Below the pieces are notes generated by a model. The model did not search any database, was not told the origin of the DNA, and was given only the letters and a program-made list of their open reading frames with translations. Source: Hormoscilla sp. (GTDB lineage Bacteria > Cyanobacteriota > Cyanobacteriia > Cyanobacteriales > Desertifilaceae). From it: 14,649 nt of DNA. Every line of letters begins with the position of its first letter. Position 1 is the first letter of the stretch. The stretch is from positions 1 through 14,649 of the forward strand of contig JBFRWI010000083.1 of the NCBI GenBank assembly GCA_051439505.1, read 5' to 3'. Of this stretch, positions 7,281-14,649 are shown piece after piece. Both the position numbers and the translations under genes were made by a program.

Positions 7281-7337
7281 CGTTCGGTTTCGTGCGGATA
7301 CCCAACCTACAAGTTGGTGGGCAGTGCCCACCCTACC
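7281..7337 (-). repeat. Two tandem GTAG-REP-like elements (GGTAGGGTGGGCACTGCCCACC and GTAGGTTGGGT...)
   Basis: 7316-7337 matches the copies at 9289, 9347 and 11063; 7281-7310 resembles 13689-13717. The first supplies the rlmD stop. Confidence 0.75.
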
Positions 7338-8724
7338 AAGCATTCAGAAAGGCGGCGCATTCCACGTGAGAGGTTTGGGGAAAGAAATCAGCGGGTTGTA
7401 CCCTACTTAAATGATAACCCCCATCTACACATAATATCTGCAAATCCCGGGCCAGGGTCGAAGGTTTGCAACTCACGTATACAATGCGCTGGGGTTTCAT
7501 TTCCAGCAGGGTTGACAACACCGCCCGATCGCACCCTTGGCGGGGCGGGTCTAATAATACTATATCCGGCATTACTTCCAACTGGGGTAACAATTTCTCC
7601 ACCTTTCCCACCTGAAACTGCACGTTTTCAATCTGATTTAACTTGACATTTATTTCGGCTTGTGATATGGCTTCCGCCTGCCGTTCTAAGCCGATCGCTT
7701 GCCCCACCCGCCCTGCTAAGGGTAAAGTAAAGGTACCAATGCCGCAGTAGGCATCAACTAATACTTCATTTCCTTGCAGCTGCAATTCCTCGACTATTAT
7801 CTGTAATAGCATCTCGGCAGCTTCAGTATTCACCTGGAAAAAAGTATCGGGTCTTAACTGGAACTGCAACCCGGCAAACTCCTCTCGCAAAAAACCACGT
7901 CCCGCAATACAGCGAGTTTCTTGGCCGAAGATGACATTGGTGCGATCGCGATTATAATTCAAGCAGACACCCACTAAACCCCGATAGCGCTGCAACCATT
8001 CTTGCCCTTGGGATTCTACTGGTGGTAAATTACCATCCATTACCACCAAGGTTAACAAGATTTCACCAGTACGTCGTCCCACGCGCAGGGCCAAGTGGCG
8101 CAGTTCTCCCCGGTGACGCCTTTCATCATAAACTGGCCAATTGAGTCGCTGCAAATCTAGCTTTACCTCTGCTAGCAGTGGGTCAAGGCGCGAGTCCTGT
8201 ACCGGACATTGATTCAGATTAACTAGCTTGTGAGTACCCTTTTGGTAATAGCCAGCTTGCACCCGACCAGTAGATGATAATCCTAAGGGATAGGTAACCT
8301 TATTGCGGTATTTCAGGGGTGCGTCAGCAGTGAGTACCGGATCCACTGTTGCTTGAGAGATGCCCCCAATCCGTTCTAAACTTTGGACGACCAGATTGCC
8401 CTTGGCTTGCAACTGGTAGCTATAATCGACATGCTGCCACTGACAACCGCCACATTTATCCGCCACAATGCAACTGGGACGGACCCGGTGCTGGGAAGGA
8501 ACTAGCAACTGTTCTAACTTCCCGTGGGCATACTGCTGCTTCACTCGCACCAGACGCACCAGGGCCCGATCTCCCGGGACCGTATCCGGCACTAACACCA
8601 CCCGCTGCCCGCACCGGCCCACCCCCTCACCCCCATCGCTCAAATCAGTGACGGTGCATTCGACTAAATCCTCTTGTCGCCATTGGTTGGCTGATTCTTG
8701 ACGGTCGCGACGATTGTCGAGCAT
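7333..8724 (-). CDS. rlmD: 23S rRNA (uracil(1939)-C5)-methyltransferase
   Basis: N-terminal TRAM domain, C..ADKCGGCQWQH Fe-S motif, FFQVN, DAYCGIGT, DPPRQG, YVSCKPSTLARD, DFFPQTSHVE. Start set at MLDNRR (8724). Confidence 0.93.
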   Translation of the reverse strand: MLDNRRDRQESANQWRQEDLVECTVTDLSDGGEGVGRCGQRVVLVPDTVPGDRALVRLVRVKQQYAHGKLEQLLVPSQHRVRPSCIVADKCGGCQWQHVDYSYQLQAKGNLVVQSLERIGGISQATVDPVLTADAPLKYRNKVTYPLGLSSTGRVQAGYYQKGTHKLVNLNQCPVQDSRLDPLLAEVKLDLQRLNWPVYDERRHRGELRHLALRVGRRTGEILLTLVVMDGNLPPVESQGQEWLQRYRGLVGVCLNYNRDRTNVIFGQETRCIAGRGFLREEFAGLQFQLRPDTFFQVNTEAAEMLLQIIVEELQLQGNEVLVDAYCGIGTFTLPLAGRVGQAIGLERQAEAISQAEINVKLNQIENVQFQVGKVEKLLPQLEVMPDIVLLDPPRQGCDRAVLSTLLEMKPQRIVYVSCKPSTLARDLQILCVDGGYHLSRVQPADFFPQTSHVECAAFLNAW

Positions 8725-8793
8725 TGTTCTTCTCTTTAATTGTGTCCCGGAAACCGCTAGACTACAAATAATACCTTTAATATCGCGATCAAT

Positions 8794-9279
8794 ATGAGCG
8801 TAGTTAGCCAAGTAATTCTCAAAGCCGACGACGAACTGCGATACCCCAGTTCCGGCGAACTCCAGAGCATCCAAAAGTTCTTGCAAAGCGGGGAACAGCG
8901 GATGGAAATCGTCGAAACCCTTACGGAAAACGAGAAAAAGATTGTCGAACGTGCCAGTAAAGACCTGTGGAAGAAGCGCCCCGACTTCATCGCCCCGGGA
9001 GGAAATGCCAACGGTCAACGGGAAAGGGCCCTCTGCCTGCGGGACTATGGGTGGTATCTGCGTCTGATCACCTACGGCCTTCTCGCTGGCGATAAGGAGC
9101 CGATCGAAAGCATTGGCCTCATTGGCGCCCGGGAAATGTATAATGCCCTCGGGGTACCCATGCCCGGAATGGCCGAAGCCATGCGGTGCTTGAAAGAAGC
9201 TTCCCTCTCGATCCTGAGTACGGAAGACGCCTCCGAAGTCGCCCCCTACTTTGATTTCCTCATTCAAGGCATGTCTTAA
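8794..9279 (+). CDS. apcD: Allophycocyanin subunit alpha-B
   Basis: 161 aa; [23 protein letters not shown], chromophore Cys in [17 protein letters not shown], ends [12 protein letters not shown]. Confidence 0.96.
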   Translation: MSVVSQVILKADDELRYPSSGELQSIQKFLQSGEQRMEIVETLTENEKKIVERASKDLWKKRPDFIAPGGNANGQRERALCLRDYGWYLRLITYGLLAGDKEPIESIGLIGAREMYNALGVPMPGMAEAMRCLKEASLSILSTEDASEVAPYFDFLIQGMS

Positions 9280-9288
9280 TTATCAGTT

Positions 9289-9378
9289 GGTAGGGTGGGC
9301 ATTGCCCACCATGTCAGTAGGCATTGCCCACCTGACCTTGTCAATCGGTAGGGTGGGCATTGCCCACCATGTCAGTAA
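9289..9378 (+). repeat. GTAG-REP-like cluster GGTAGGGTGGGCATTGCCCACCATGTCAGTA (2 full copies and 1 partial) downstream of apcD
   Basis: Direct copies at 9289 and 9347, each with the palindrome GGTGGGCA-T-TGCCCACC; a partial copy lies between them. Confidence 0.85.
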
Positions 9379-9431
9379 AGCACTAAAACGGGTGCATCTG
9401 CTGTGCAAGCTTCTTGAGCAATGTCAAATTA

Positions 9432-9556
9432 AAAATTGAAAATTGAAAATTGAGCAAGGATACATTGAAAATTGCTCCATTTTCCATTCGCCATTCTCAA
9501 TTAGCCATTCTCAATTAGCCATTCGCAATTAGCCATTCTCAATTAGCCATTCTCAA
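9432..9556 (+). repeat. STRR-type short tandem repeats: (AAAATTG)n followed by (ATTAGCCATTCTCA)n
   Basis: Heptamer AAAATTG x3 from 9432; about five 14-mer units at ~9490-9556, ending at the ATG at 9557. Confidence 0.85.
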
Positions 9557-10171
9557 ATGCAGAAACTCCGTTTAGGCAAAGTTGTGAAATCCAATTCCCA
9601 CTGCGACTATCTGGTACAGGTGGACGATCGGTTGGAAGTGAGGCATCCTCCTCAACCAGAAGACTATGGGTTTGGCAGCTTTGTGAAACTGGAAGAAACA
9701 GAGGGGCGCCATTGGGCAGTAGGAACGATCTACAATTCCCAGTTGCAGAATCCGTTATTTTCCAATATCGGTCCCCGTCTTTCCAGCGAACCAGACCCCC
9801 TGTTTACCCCGGATTTAATTAATGAAACCCGGGTAATATTGGGAGTAGTGCTGATTGGCAGTTTAGAAAAAGCTGCTAGTAAAGTTTATGGCAAGCATGG
9901 GATTCCCAGCGCCGTGGTGCCAGTCTATACACCGGTTTTCAAGATGACTGATGAGGACATGTATCGTTTCCACCTGAATCAAGAGAACCGGCCTCATATG
10001 GGTTATTACGCCCATTTAATCAGGACTGGGGGGAGTTTTGCATCCCAACTAACTCAGCAGGTGTTAGAACAATTGATCGATAGTAAATTGTTTCAGGGCC
10101 CCGAAAGGAGAGCGCTGGAAATATTATGTAAGGAACTATCATGGAAAAATACTCTGGGTGCGATGGGCTAG
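9557..10171 (+). CDS. HAS-barrel-like (HerA/NurA-associated type) conserved protein
   Basis: 204-aa ORF; LGKVVKSNSHCDY and PEDYGFGSFV..AVG.IYN resemble HAS-barrel proteins as I recall them. Family assignment is tentative. Confidence 0.65.
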   Translation: MQKLRLGKVVKSNSHCDYLVQVDDRLEVRHPPQPEDYGFGSFVKLEETEGRHWAVGTIYNSQLQNPLFSNIGPRLSSEPDPLFTPDLINETRVILGVVLIGSLEKAASKVYGKHGIPSAVVPVYTPVFKMTDEDMYRFHLNQENRPHMGYYAHLIRTGGSFASQLTQQVLEQLIDSKLFQGPERRALEILCKELSWKNTLGAMG

Positions 10172-10192
10172 AGAAAGGTTTGTATAAGGTTT

Positions 10193-10276
10193 GTAGTAAG
10201 CACGAAGCGTGCTTCGGAAGGTTACTTTTCTGGTGACCGGGGTCTCCCCGGTCACTCCCGCTTGAGGCTCTGCCTC
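10193..10276. repeat. Cluster of three short palindromes (REP-like or terminator)
   Basis: GTAGTAAGCACG-AAG-CGTGCTT (10193-10214), GTGACCGGGG-TCT-CCCCGGTCAC (10233-10255), GAGGC-TCT-GCCTC (10264-10276). Confidence 0.7.
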
Positions 10277-10333
10277 CTGGCCTTCTTGCGAGAGTAATAC
10301 CCTCAGCGGCTTTTTTTCTTTCCCAGTCAGGAG

Positions 10334-10633
10334 ATGTCGGTTTCCGAAATGCGAGAAGACGTGCTGGGAGAACGGGGATTGCTGAAAATGAATCAATGGG
10401 ATTTAATGGGAGAGTACGACAAGGTTCCCTACGAGTGGGCAAGAAATTTTATTAGTTTCTCGAACGGATACCACAAGCGATCGGACCCTAATTTCCCCAT
10501 GATTACTGGTAGAGTCACGATCGGCCAGGTGAATGGCAAGGTTTTTCGGGTAACGGCCCATTACCCAGCTGAATATGCAGATGGGTTTGGACCCAGAGAA
10601 GGGGTGATTTTGGCAAATGTAGAGCCCAAATAA
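10334..10633 (+). CDS. Hypothetical protein, possibly the C-terminal remnant of a longer cyanobacterial protein
   Basis: 99-aa ORF with HYPAEYADGFGPR; the frame extends upstream (FFFPSQE) only to a TAA at 10295. Confidence 0.5.
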   Translation: MSVSEMREDVLGERGLLKMNQWDLMGEYDKVPYEWARNFISFSNGYHKRSDPNFPMITGRVTIGQVNGKVFRVTAHYPAEYADGFGPREGVILANVEPK

Positions 10634-11002
10634 TTAATCGGTTTGCTGCTGTTGCTGCCATTCTAATTGTGCTAAATACTCGCCCAGGAATAATGCTGGT
10701 AGCTTGGCAGTCAGATGGTCCCCCGATCGCCAGCGACAGGATTTAGGAAAGCATGAGACTTCCAGTCGCGACCTTTGCTGCAAATCGCCTGGATGATAGG
10801 CGATCGCGCAGTAAATGCCATTATGTTCGCAGCTATCGAGGATAGCAGCAAAGAGCATGCCATGACTGCCCGGATAATCAGCAACAGAATACCAGTCTCC
10901 CTGATAGATGACTTCAAAGGTTGCCGGAGGACGCAGGCGACAGCGATCGGGTTCGAGGGTTGCCCATTTTGCCAACAAGGATGGCAGATAAAGTTGTTCC
11001 AT
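10634..11002 (-). CDS. Hypothetical protein (122 aa)
   Basis: ATG start and protein-like composition; its stop directly abuts the stop of the convergent ORF (TAA/TTA at 10631-10636). Confidence 0.6.
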   Translation of the reverse strand: MEQLYLPSLLAKWATLEPDRCRLRPPATFEVIYQGDWYSVADYPGSHGMLFAAILDSCEHNGIYCAIAYHPGDLQQRSRLEVSCFPKSCRWRSGDHLTAKLPALFLGEYLAQLEWQQQQQTD

Positions 11003-11062
11003 AATCTGTAAAAGACTCCCATTCAGATATTTTTATAGTATACTAGGAAATGTCGGATGGTT

Positions 11063-11084
11063 GGTAGGGTGTGTACTGCCCACC
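11063..11084 (+). repeat. Degenerate GGTAGGGTGGGCA(C/T)TGCCCACC REP-like copy
   Basis: GGTAGGGTGTGTACTGCCCACC, two mismatches to the 7316-7337 copy. Confidence 0.65.
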
Positions 11085-11257
11085 AGGAAAGTTATGCAAG
11101 AACCCGGGGGCGATTATTGGGATAGGCATGCAGTTTGACGGGGGCGAATCTGTTGGAGACGATCGGTTACGGTTCCGATCGGGAATTATCTCAACATTTG
11201 TTCTGAGATTAAACCAGTTTGGAATAGCTAACAAGGTCGCCGAATCACGATTGCCTG

Positions 11258-11266
11258 TGATAGAAT
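11258..11266 (+). promoter_or_regulatory. Extended -10 promoter (TGaTAGAAT) for the thermonuclease gene
   Basis: TGnTAGAAT 34 nt before the ATG, followed by a purine-rich RBS (AGAAGGAAGGAAGGG). Confidence 0.45.
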
Positions 11267-11300
11267 AAACAAGTTAGTCAAGAAGGAAGGAAGGGAAGTC

Positions 11301-12095
11301 ATGAAAGAAATAGTCAGAGATATTTTAACGCAATTACCAGAAGAGTGCCCATCCCCCCCACCCTACTTTCAGGAACTCAAAACATACAAGGTCGTGAAAG
11401 TATCGGATGGAGATACAATTGATGCGGTGATGGATGGTGCTGCTGAAGAAATCACGGTTCGCTTCGTCCACATCGACACTCCAGAAACGGCCAAGGGATG
11501 GGGAGACTCGATGGTGGAAAAGCTGAATGGCGCTAACCGAGTCTATGAAAGTCAATTTGACTGGGGGAAAAAAAGTCAAGAACGACTCCAGGAACTGGTA
11601 GAACAAAGTGGCGGTCAAGTGAAATTGAAAATTACCGGCGAAGAAAAGCGCCCCGGTCGATCGCCGCGCTGCTTTGGAGAAGTGTATCTGCTAGATGGCA
11701 CCTTTGTCCAGTACGTTTTAGTGCGAGAAGGTTTAGCCCGAATTTATTACGATTATTTCGGTCAATGTCCCCGGGAAACGGCGATCTTAATGATGCTAGC
11801 AGAAGCGGAGGCGGAAGCAAAGGGCCTCGGACTTTGGCAAGAACCCAAGTCAGAGTTTCTGTCACCGTGGCTGTTTCGTTCCCTCAAAACCAAACAAAAG
11901 AACTTCCTCAAAAGCCACAGTAAAGAGATAAAGGCAGGTAAGATGACGGAGGAAGAATTGTCCGCTGACTTTGGAAAAAAGCTGACGGAGTTCCAGGATA
12001 CCCTAAAAAAAATCAGCGCCGAAATGACAGGCGATCGGATGACGCAAGCGGAGTTTGAAGAACAGTTGAAAGCCAAAATTAAGCAGCTATATTAA
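11301..12095 (+). CDS. Thermonuclease (SNase-like) family protein with Lys/Glu-rich C-terminal tail
   Basis: VVKVSDGDTI, VRFVHIDTPE, RCFGEVYL.DG, LVREGLA, AEAEAEAKGLGLW, PWLFR. Confidence 0.88.
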   Translation: MKEIVRDILTQLPEECPSPPPYFQELKTYKVVKVSDGDTIDAVMDGAAEEITVRFVHIDTPETAKGWGDSMVEKLNGANRVYESQFDWGKKSQERLQELVEQSGGQVKLKITGEEKRPGRSPRCFGEVYLLDGTFVQYVLVREGLARIYYDYFGQCPRETAILMMLAEAEAEAKGLGLWQEPKSEFLSPWLFRSLKTKQKNFLKSHSKEIKAGKMTEEELSADFGKKLTEFQDTLKKISAEMTGDRMTQAEFEEQLKAKIKQLY

Positions 12096-12132
12096 GGTGT
12101 TTTGCGGGTTCCAAGTCAATTAGCCTCCTGGT

Positions 12133-12170
12133 CCCGCCTGGTAACGCGGGGGTTGGCAACCCCCGGCGGG
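12133..12170. repeat. GC-rich palindromic element CCCGCC...GGGGTT..AACCCCCGGCGGG (related copy at 13834-13861)
   Basis: Hairpin-forming sequence after the nuclease gene; shares AACCCCCGGCGGG with the element at 13834-13861. Confidence 0.55.
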
Positions 12171-12225
12171 ATAACAGCTTGCGTGACTAACTATATCATC
12201 ATTAAAGCAAAATGGTATAAAACAG

Positions 12226-12864
12226 ATGAATTACAGCAAAAAATGGCGATTAAGTGGTATGTTAGCGATCGCCCTAGCAGCAACAATCACAATCAGTTCG
12301 CCAGCATCATCGGGACTGTTTGACGGTCCAGTCGATCGACTGCCGGTGGAAGAGAGGGTGGCCTTGCGGCAAGGGCGGGTAGTCATGACAGGAGAGGAGG
12401 GAGAATATACGGGTAGGATACTGGTCAAAGCCCCGATCGCCACGGCCTGGGAAGTCTTAACTGACTATAACAATTTTAAGAACTTTCTGCCTAACGTTGC
12501 CAAAAGTGAGGTAATACAGAAGAATGGGAACAGTCTAGTATTCGAGCAAGTAAATGTGATTAGAGTTTTCATATTTACCCAGAAACCCCGGGTGAAAATC
12601 GCAGTTAAGCAAACCTATTTCCAGCAAATTGCTTTTCGCCTGATCGAAGGAGATGTAGACTCGTTAGAAGGCGTGTGGCGACTGGAACCCGTGTCGCCTT
12701 ATCCGGGGGCCCCGCCCGATCGGGTTTTGATCTCTAATCAAGTAACGGTAGATCCGGGGAATATCTCGACAAGAGATTTATTTTTTAGCATCTACAAAAA
12801 AACTACGTCAGATACCCTAGCAGCGATCAAAGAAGAGATAGAAAAGCGTAGCGAGAATAATTAA
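12226..12864 (+). CDS. SRPBCC (START/polyketide cyclase-like) family protein with N-terminal signal or TM segment
   Basis: AWEVLTDYNNFKNFLPNVAKS, IAFRLIEGD..LEGVWRLEP; basic then hydrophobic N-terminus. Confidence 0.85.
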   Translation: MNYSKKWRLSGMLAIALAATITISSPASSGLFDGPVDRLPVEERVALRQGRVVMTGEEGEYTGRILVKAPIATAWEVLTDYNNFKNFLPNVAKSEVIQKNGNSLVFEQVNVIRVFIFTQKPRVKIAVKQTYFQQIAFRLIEGDVDSLEGVWRLEPVSPYPGAPPDRVLISNQVTVDPGNISTRDLFFSIYKKTTSDTLAAIKEEIEKRSENN

Positions 12865-12876
12865 GGATGGCAGCAG

Positions 12877-13170
12877 ATGCAGGGACCGGAACTAAAGATA
12901 GAATGCCAATTCCAAGTACCGATTCCGGAATTACCGGAATTACATAGATTAGAAGCGGAGATGAAAGCCCGATCGGCCTATGTAATGACATTGCTGGGAC
13001 ATGGCGATATCAGCGCCGGACGGGCAGCAGAACTGTTAGGGATCGATCGGGCGGAACTGTCGGAATTGATGAGTGCCTATGAAATCTCGCCATTTCCGCT
13101 GCAGACAATGGCAGAATTAGAGCGTGAAGTGACCCAAGCGATGCAGACTCTGGAGAAATACAAGAAATGA
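12877..13170 (+). CDS. UPF0175 family HTH protein (putative antitoxin), copy 1
   Basis: GDISAGRAAELLGIDR..LSELM motif; ATGA overlap with the downstream PIN gene. Confidence 0.85.
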   Translation: MQGPELKIECQFQVPIPELPELHRLEAEMKARSAYVMTLLGHGDISAGRAAELLGIDRAELSELMSAYEISPFPLQTMAELEREVTQAMQTLEKYKK

Positions 13171-13652
13171 TTGTTGTTGCCGAGGCCACGCCATTAAGCG
13201 AACTGGCAAAAGTGGTGGGACAAATAAATATCTTGCGAGATCTATTTGGGCAAGTGATAGTATCTCAAGAAGTATACAAAGAAGTGACAGTAGGAAAACA
13301 TCCAGCAGCATATGCAGTGCCCTTAGCAACCTGGATAGAAGTGCGATCGGTTTACGATCCTCAGAAAGTATCGGATCTGAGAACTACCAGCTACCTGAGT
13401 TGGAGTGAATCTGCGACCATCGTGCTAGCTGAGGAATTGGACGTAGATTGGGTATTGATAGATGATTTAGAAGCGCGGCGAGTAGCTAACTCTCGCAAGT
13501 TGCCAGTTATCGGTACCATAGGAATTCTGTTGCTGGCTCAACAGCGAGGACTGCTGGATAGCGTCAAAGAAGTTATGGACGCCTTGAAGGCCGAAGGTGC
13601 AGCTATTAGTCCACGGCAATATCAGGAAATTAGCGCGATCGCCCAGGAGTAA
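13167..13652 (+). CDS. DUF3368 PIN-domain protein (putative VapC-like toxin)
   Basis: MIVVAEATPL, VSQEVYKE, SESATIVLAEE, VLIDD.EARR, GTIGILL; coupled to the UPF0175 gene. Confidence 0.85.
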   Translation: MIVVAEATPLSELAKVVGQINILRDLFGQVIVSQEVYKEVTVGKHPAAYAVPLATWIEVRSVYDPQKVSDLRTTSYLSWSESATIVLAEELDVDWVLIDDLEARRVANSRKLPVIGTIGILLLAQQRGLLDSVKEVMDALKAEGAAISPRQYQEISAIAQE

Positions 13653-13717
13653 GTAGTTCGTAGTTCGTAGTTTGTGAAGTAGTAATTCGTAGGTTGGGTT
13701 TCGTGCCTCAACCCAAC
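13653..13717 (+). repeat. (GTAGTTC)n heptamers followed by REP-like GTAGGTTGGGTT...AACCCAAC hairpin
   Basis: GTAGTTC GTAGTTC GTAGTTT after the stop; GTTGGGTT/AACCCAAC inverted repeat at ~13693-13717. Confidence 0.7.
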
Positions 13718-13881
13718 GGTGTATTCATCGAACTCCCAGGATACAACGAAGGCGGGATCGATCGCGACTTTCAACTGAAATTTTGCACCATTGTAAATTT
13801 GCACCATTGTAAATTAGTAAATGAGTCTCCTGGCCCGCCGTAGGTTCAAACCCCCGGCGGGTGAAGTGCGAAGTGAAAGAA

Positions 13882-13911
13882 TTGCTGCTTGTTGGGTTCG
13901 GGAGCTATAAT
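13882..13911 (+). promoter_or_regulatory. Sigma70-type promoter for the second antitoxin gene
   Basis: TTGCTG (13882-13887), 18-nt spacer, perfect TATAAT (13906-13911), 31 nt upstream of the ATG at 13943. Confidence 0.55.
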
Positions 13912-13942
13912 AGAAAGGTAAACCATTAGCCCGATCGCCAAT

Positions 13943-14239
13943 ATGAATGTGAAGATACAAAAACATACGGAGGTGAAATTCACCTTACCCGTTGGTAATA
14001 TCTCCGACCCCATCAGGATAGAAGCAGAACGCCAAGCGAAGGAAGCTTATGTGATGACATTGCTGCGACATGCTGAGATCAGCGCCGGACTGGCAGCACA
14101 TCTGCTAGGGATCGATCGGTGGCAACTTTCGGAGTTGATGAGTGCCTATGACATCTCACCATTTGCAACGCTGACGTCCGAAGAATTAGATCGCGAGGTT
14201 GCCCAAGCTATGCGTACCCTGGAGAAATACAAGAAATGA
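13943..14239 (+). CDS. UPF0175 family HTH protein (putative antitoxin), copy 2
   Basis: AYVMTLL..EISAGLAAHLLGIDR.QLSELMSAY; clearly paralogous to 12877-13170 at both protein and DNA level. Confidence 0.85.
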   Translation: MNVKIQKHTEVKFTLPVGNISDPIRIEAERQAKEAYVMTLLRHAEISAGLAAHLLGIDRWQLSELMSAYDISPFATLTSEELDREVAQAMRTLEKYKK

Positions 14240-14298
14240 TCGTTGTTTCCGACACTACTCCTCTCAGCGAATTGGCAAAGGTGGGAAAACTGGAGTAG
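14236..14298 (+). pseudogene. Truncated DUF3368 PIN toxin remnant (MIVVSDTTPLSELAKVGKLE*)
   Basis: Same ATGA overlap and N-terminus as 13167-13652; ends at TAG 14296-14298, immediately followed by heptamer repeats. Confidence 0.85.
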
Positions 14299-14371
14299 AG
14301 AGCAGGGAGCAGGGAGCAGGGAGCAGGGAGCAGGGAGATCGAGCAGGGAGCAGGGAGCAGGGAGATCGAGC
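14299..14371 (+). repeat. STRR-type heptamer array (GGGAGCA)n with two GGGAGATC interruptions
   Basis: Directly visible tandem AGGGAGC units. Confidence 0.9.
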
Positions 14372-14526
14372 GCACCAGTGAGGGTTTCCAAATTGTTTCA
14401 CAGATTAAAAGCTGCGCACCGAATGACAGGTTTAAGAATTGTACCTCTAAAGTGCTGAGAACTGCTATAAAAGAGCGGTTGCGTAGATCTTGGCCATAAA
14501 AATTCATCTTCTCAGATAATAAATGT

Positions 14527-14649
14527 AATTTAGCCCGCGCAGGCGGGCTTTGTTCATGTAGCCGGACCCTTTAGGGTACCGTTCCGGAAAAATCGGGCGA
14601 CTAACGCTACGGGTACATTGATAATATAATAATTTAGCCCGCGCAGGCG
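14527..14649. repeat. Dispersed palindromic repeat AATTTAGCCCGCGCAGGCGGGCT..., two direct copies 104 bp apart (second cut by the window edge)
   Basis: AATTTAGCCCGCGCAGGCG at 14527 and 14631; stem AGCCCGC/GCGGGCT. Confidence 0.8.

Noticed and set aside
8725..9267. 644-aa RlmD with a long N-terminal extension
   Set aside because: The extension is the antisense frame of apcD; the TRAM domain begins shortly after the ATG at 8724.
9289..9378. Mini-CRISPR or 62-aa ORF (9251-9439)
   Set aside because: These are GTAG-REP-type palindromes with dispersed copies elsewhere in the window; the ORF is a translation of the repeat.
13782..13815. 17-bp direct repeat TTTGCACCATTGTAAAT x2 as an operator or target-site duplication
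   Set aside because: The copies are adjacent with nothing between them, consistent with simple slippage; there is no evidence for a regulator.
14146..14458. ORFs 14146-14391, 14199-14381 and 14243-14458
   Set aside because: They are low-complexity translations of the (GGGAGCA)n array (SREQGAG / LLPAPCS).

Overview
Chromosomal window from a filamentous cyanobacterium, probably Oscillatoriales: it carries apcD, frequent HIP1 octamers (GCGATCGC), AGAAACCCGGTTTCT repeats and heptamer repeats. Left to right: a probable 6S RNA gene cut by the window edge; a 97-bp tandem palindromic repeat; a minus-strand cluster encoding a non-canonical Lgt-family protein, a SAM methyltransferase, a Tes/GDGT-MAS-like (MJ0619/COG1964) multi-cluster radical SAM enzyme and a 96-aa membrane protein with a lipobox-like Cys, with an antisense GNAT gene inside the cluster; a block of rlmD, lpxD, an atypical DprA and a conserved membrane protein, divergent from apcD; then a HAS-barrel-like protein, small hypotheticals, a thermonuclease, an SRPBCC protein and a duplicated UPF0175/DUF3368 (PIN) toxin-antitoxin-like module whose second toxin is truncated. 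The best candidate for an undescribed system is the Lgt-like + Tes-like radical SAM + Cys membrane protein cluster, possibly a dedicated protein lipidation and lipid-tail modification pathway. All family calls come from motif recognition by eye; no database search was run.
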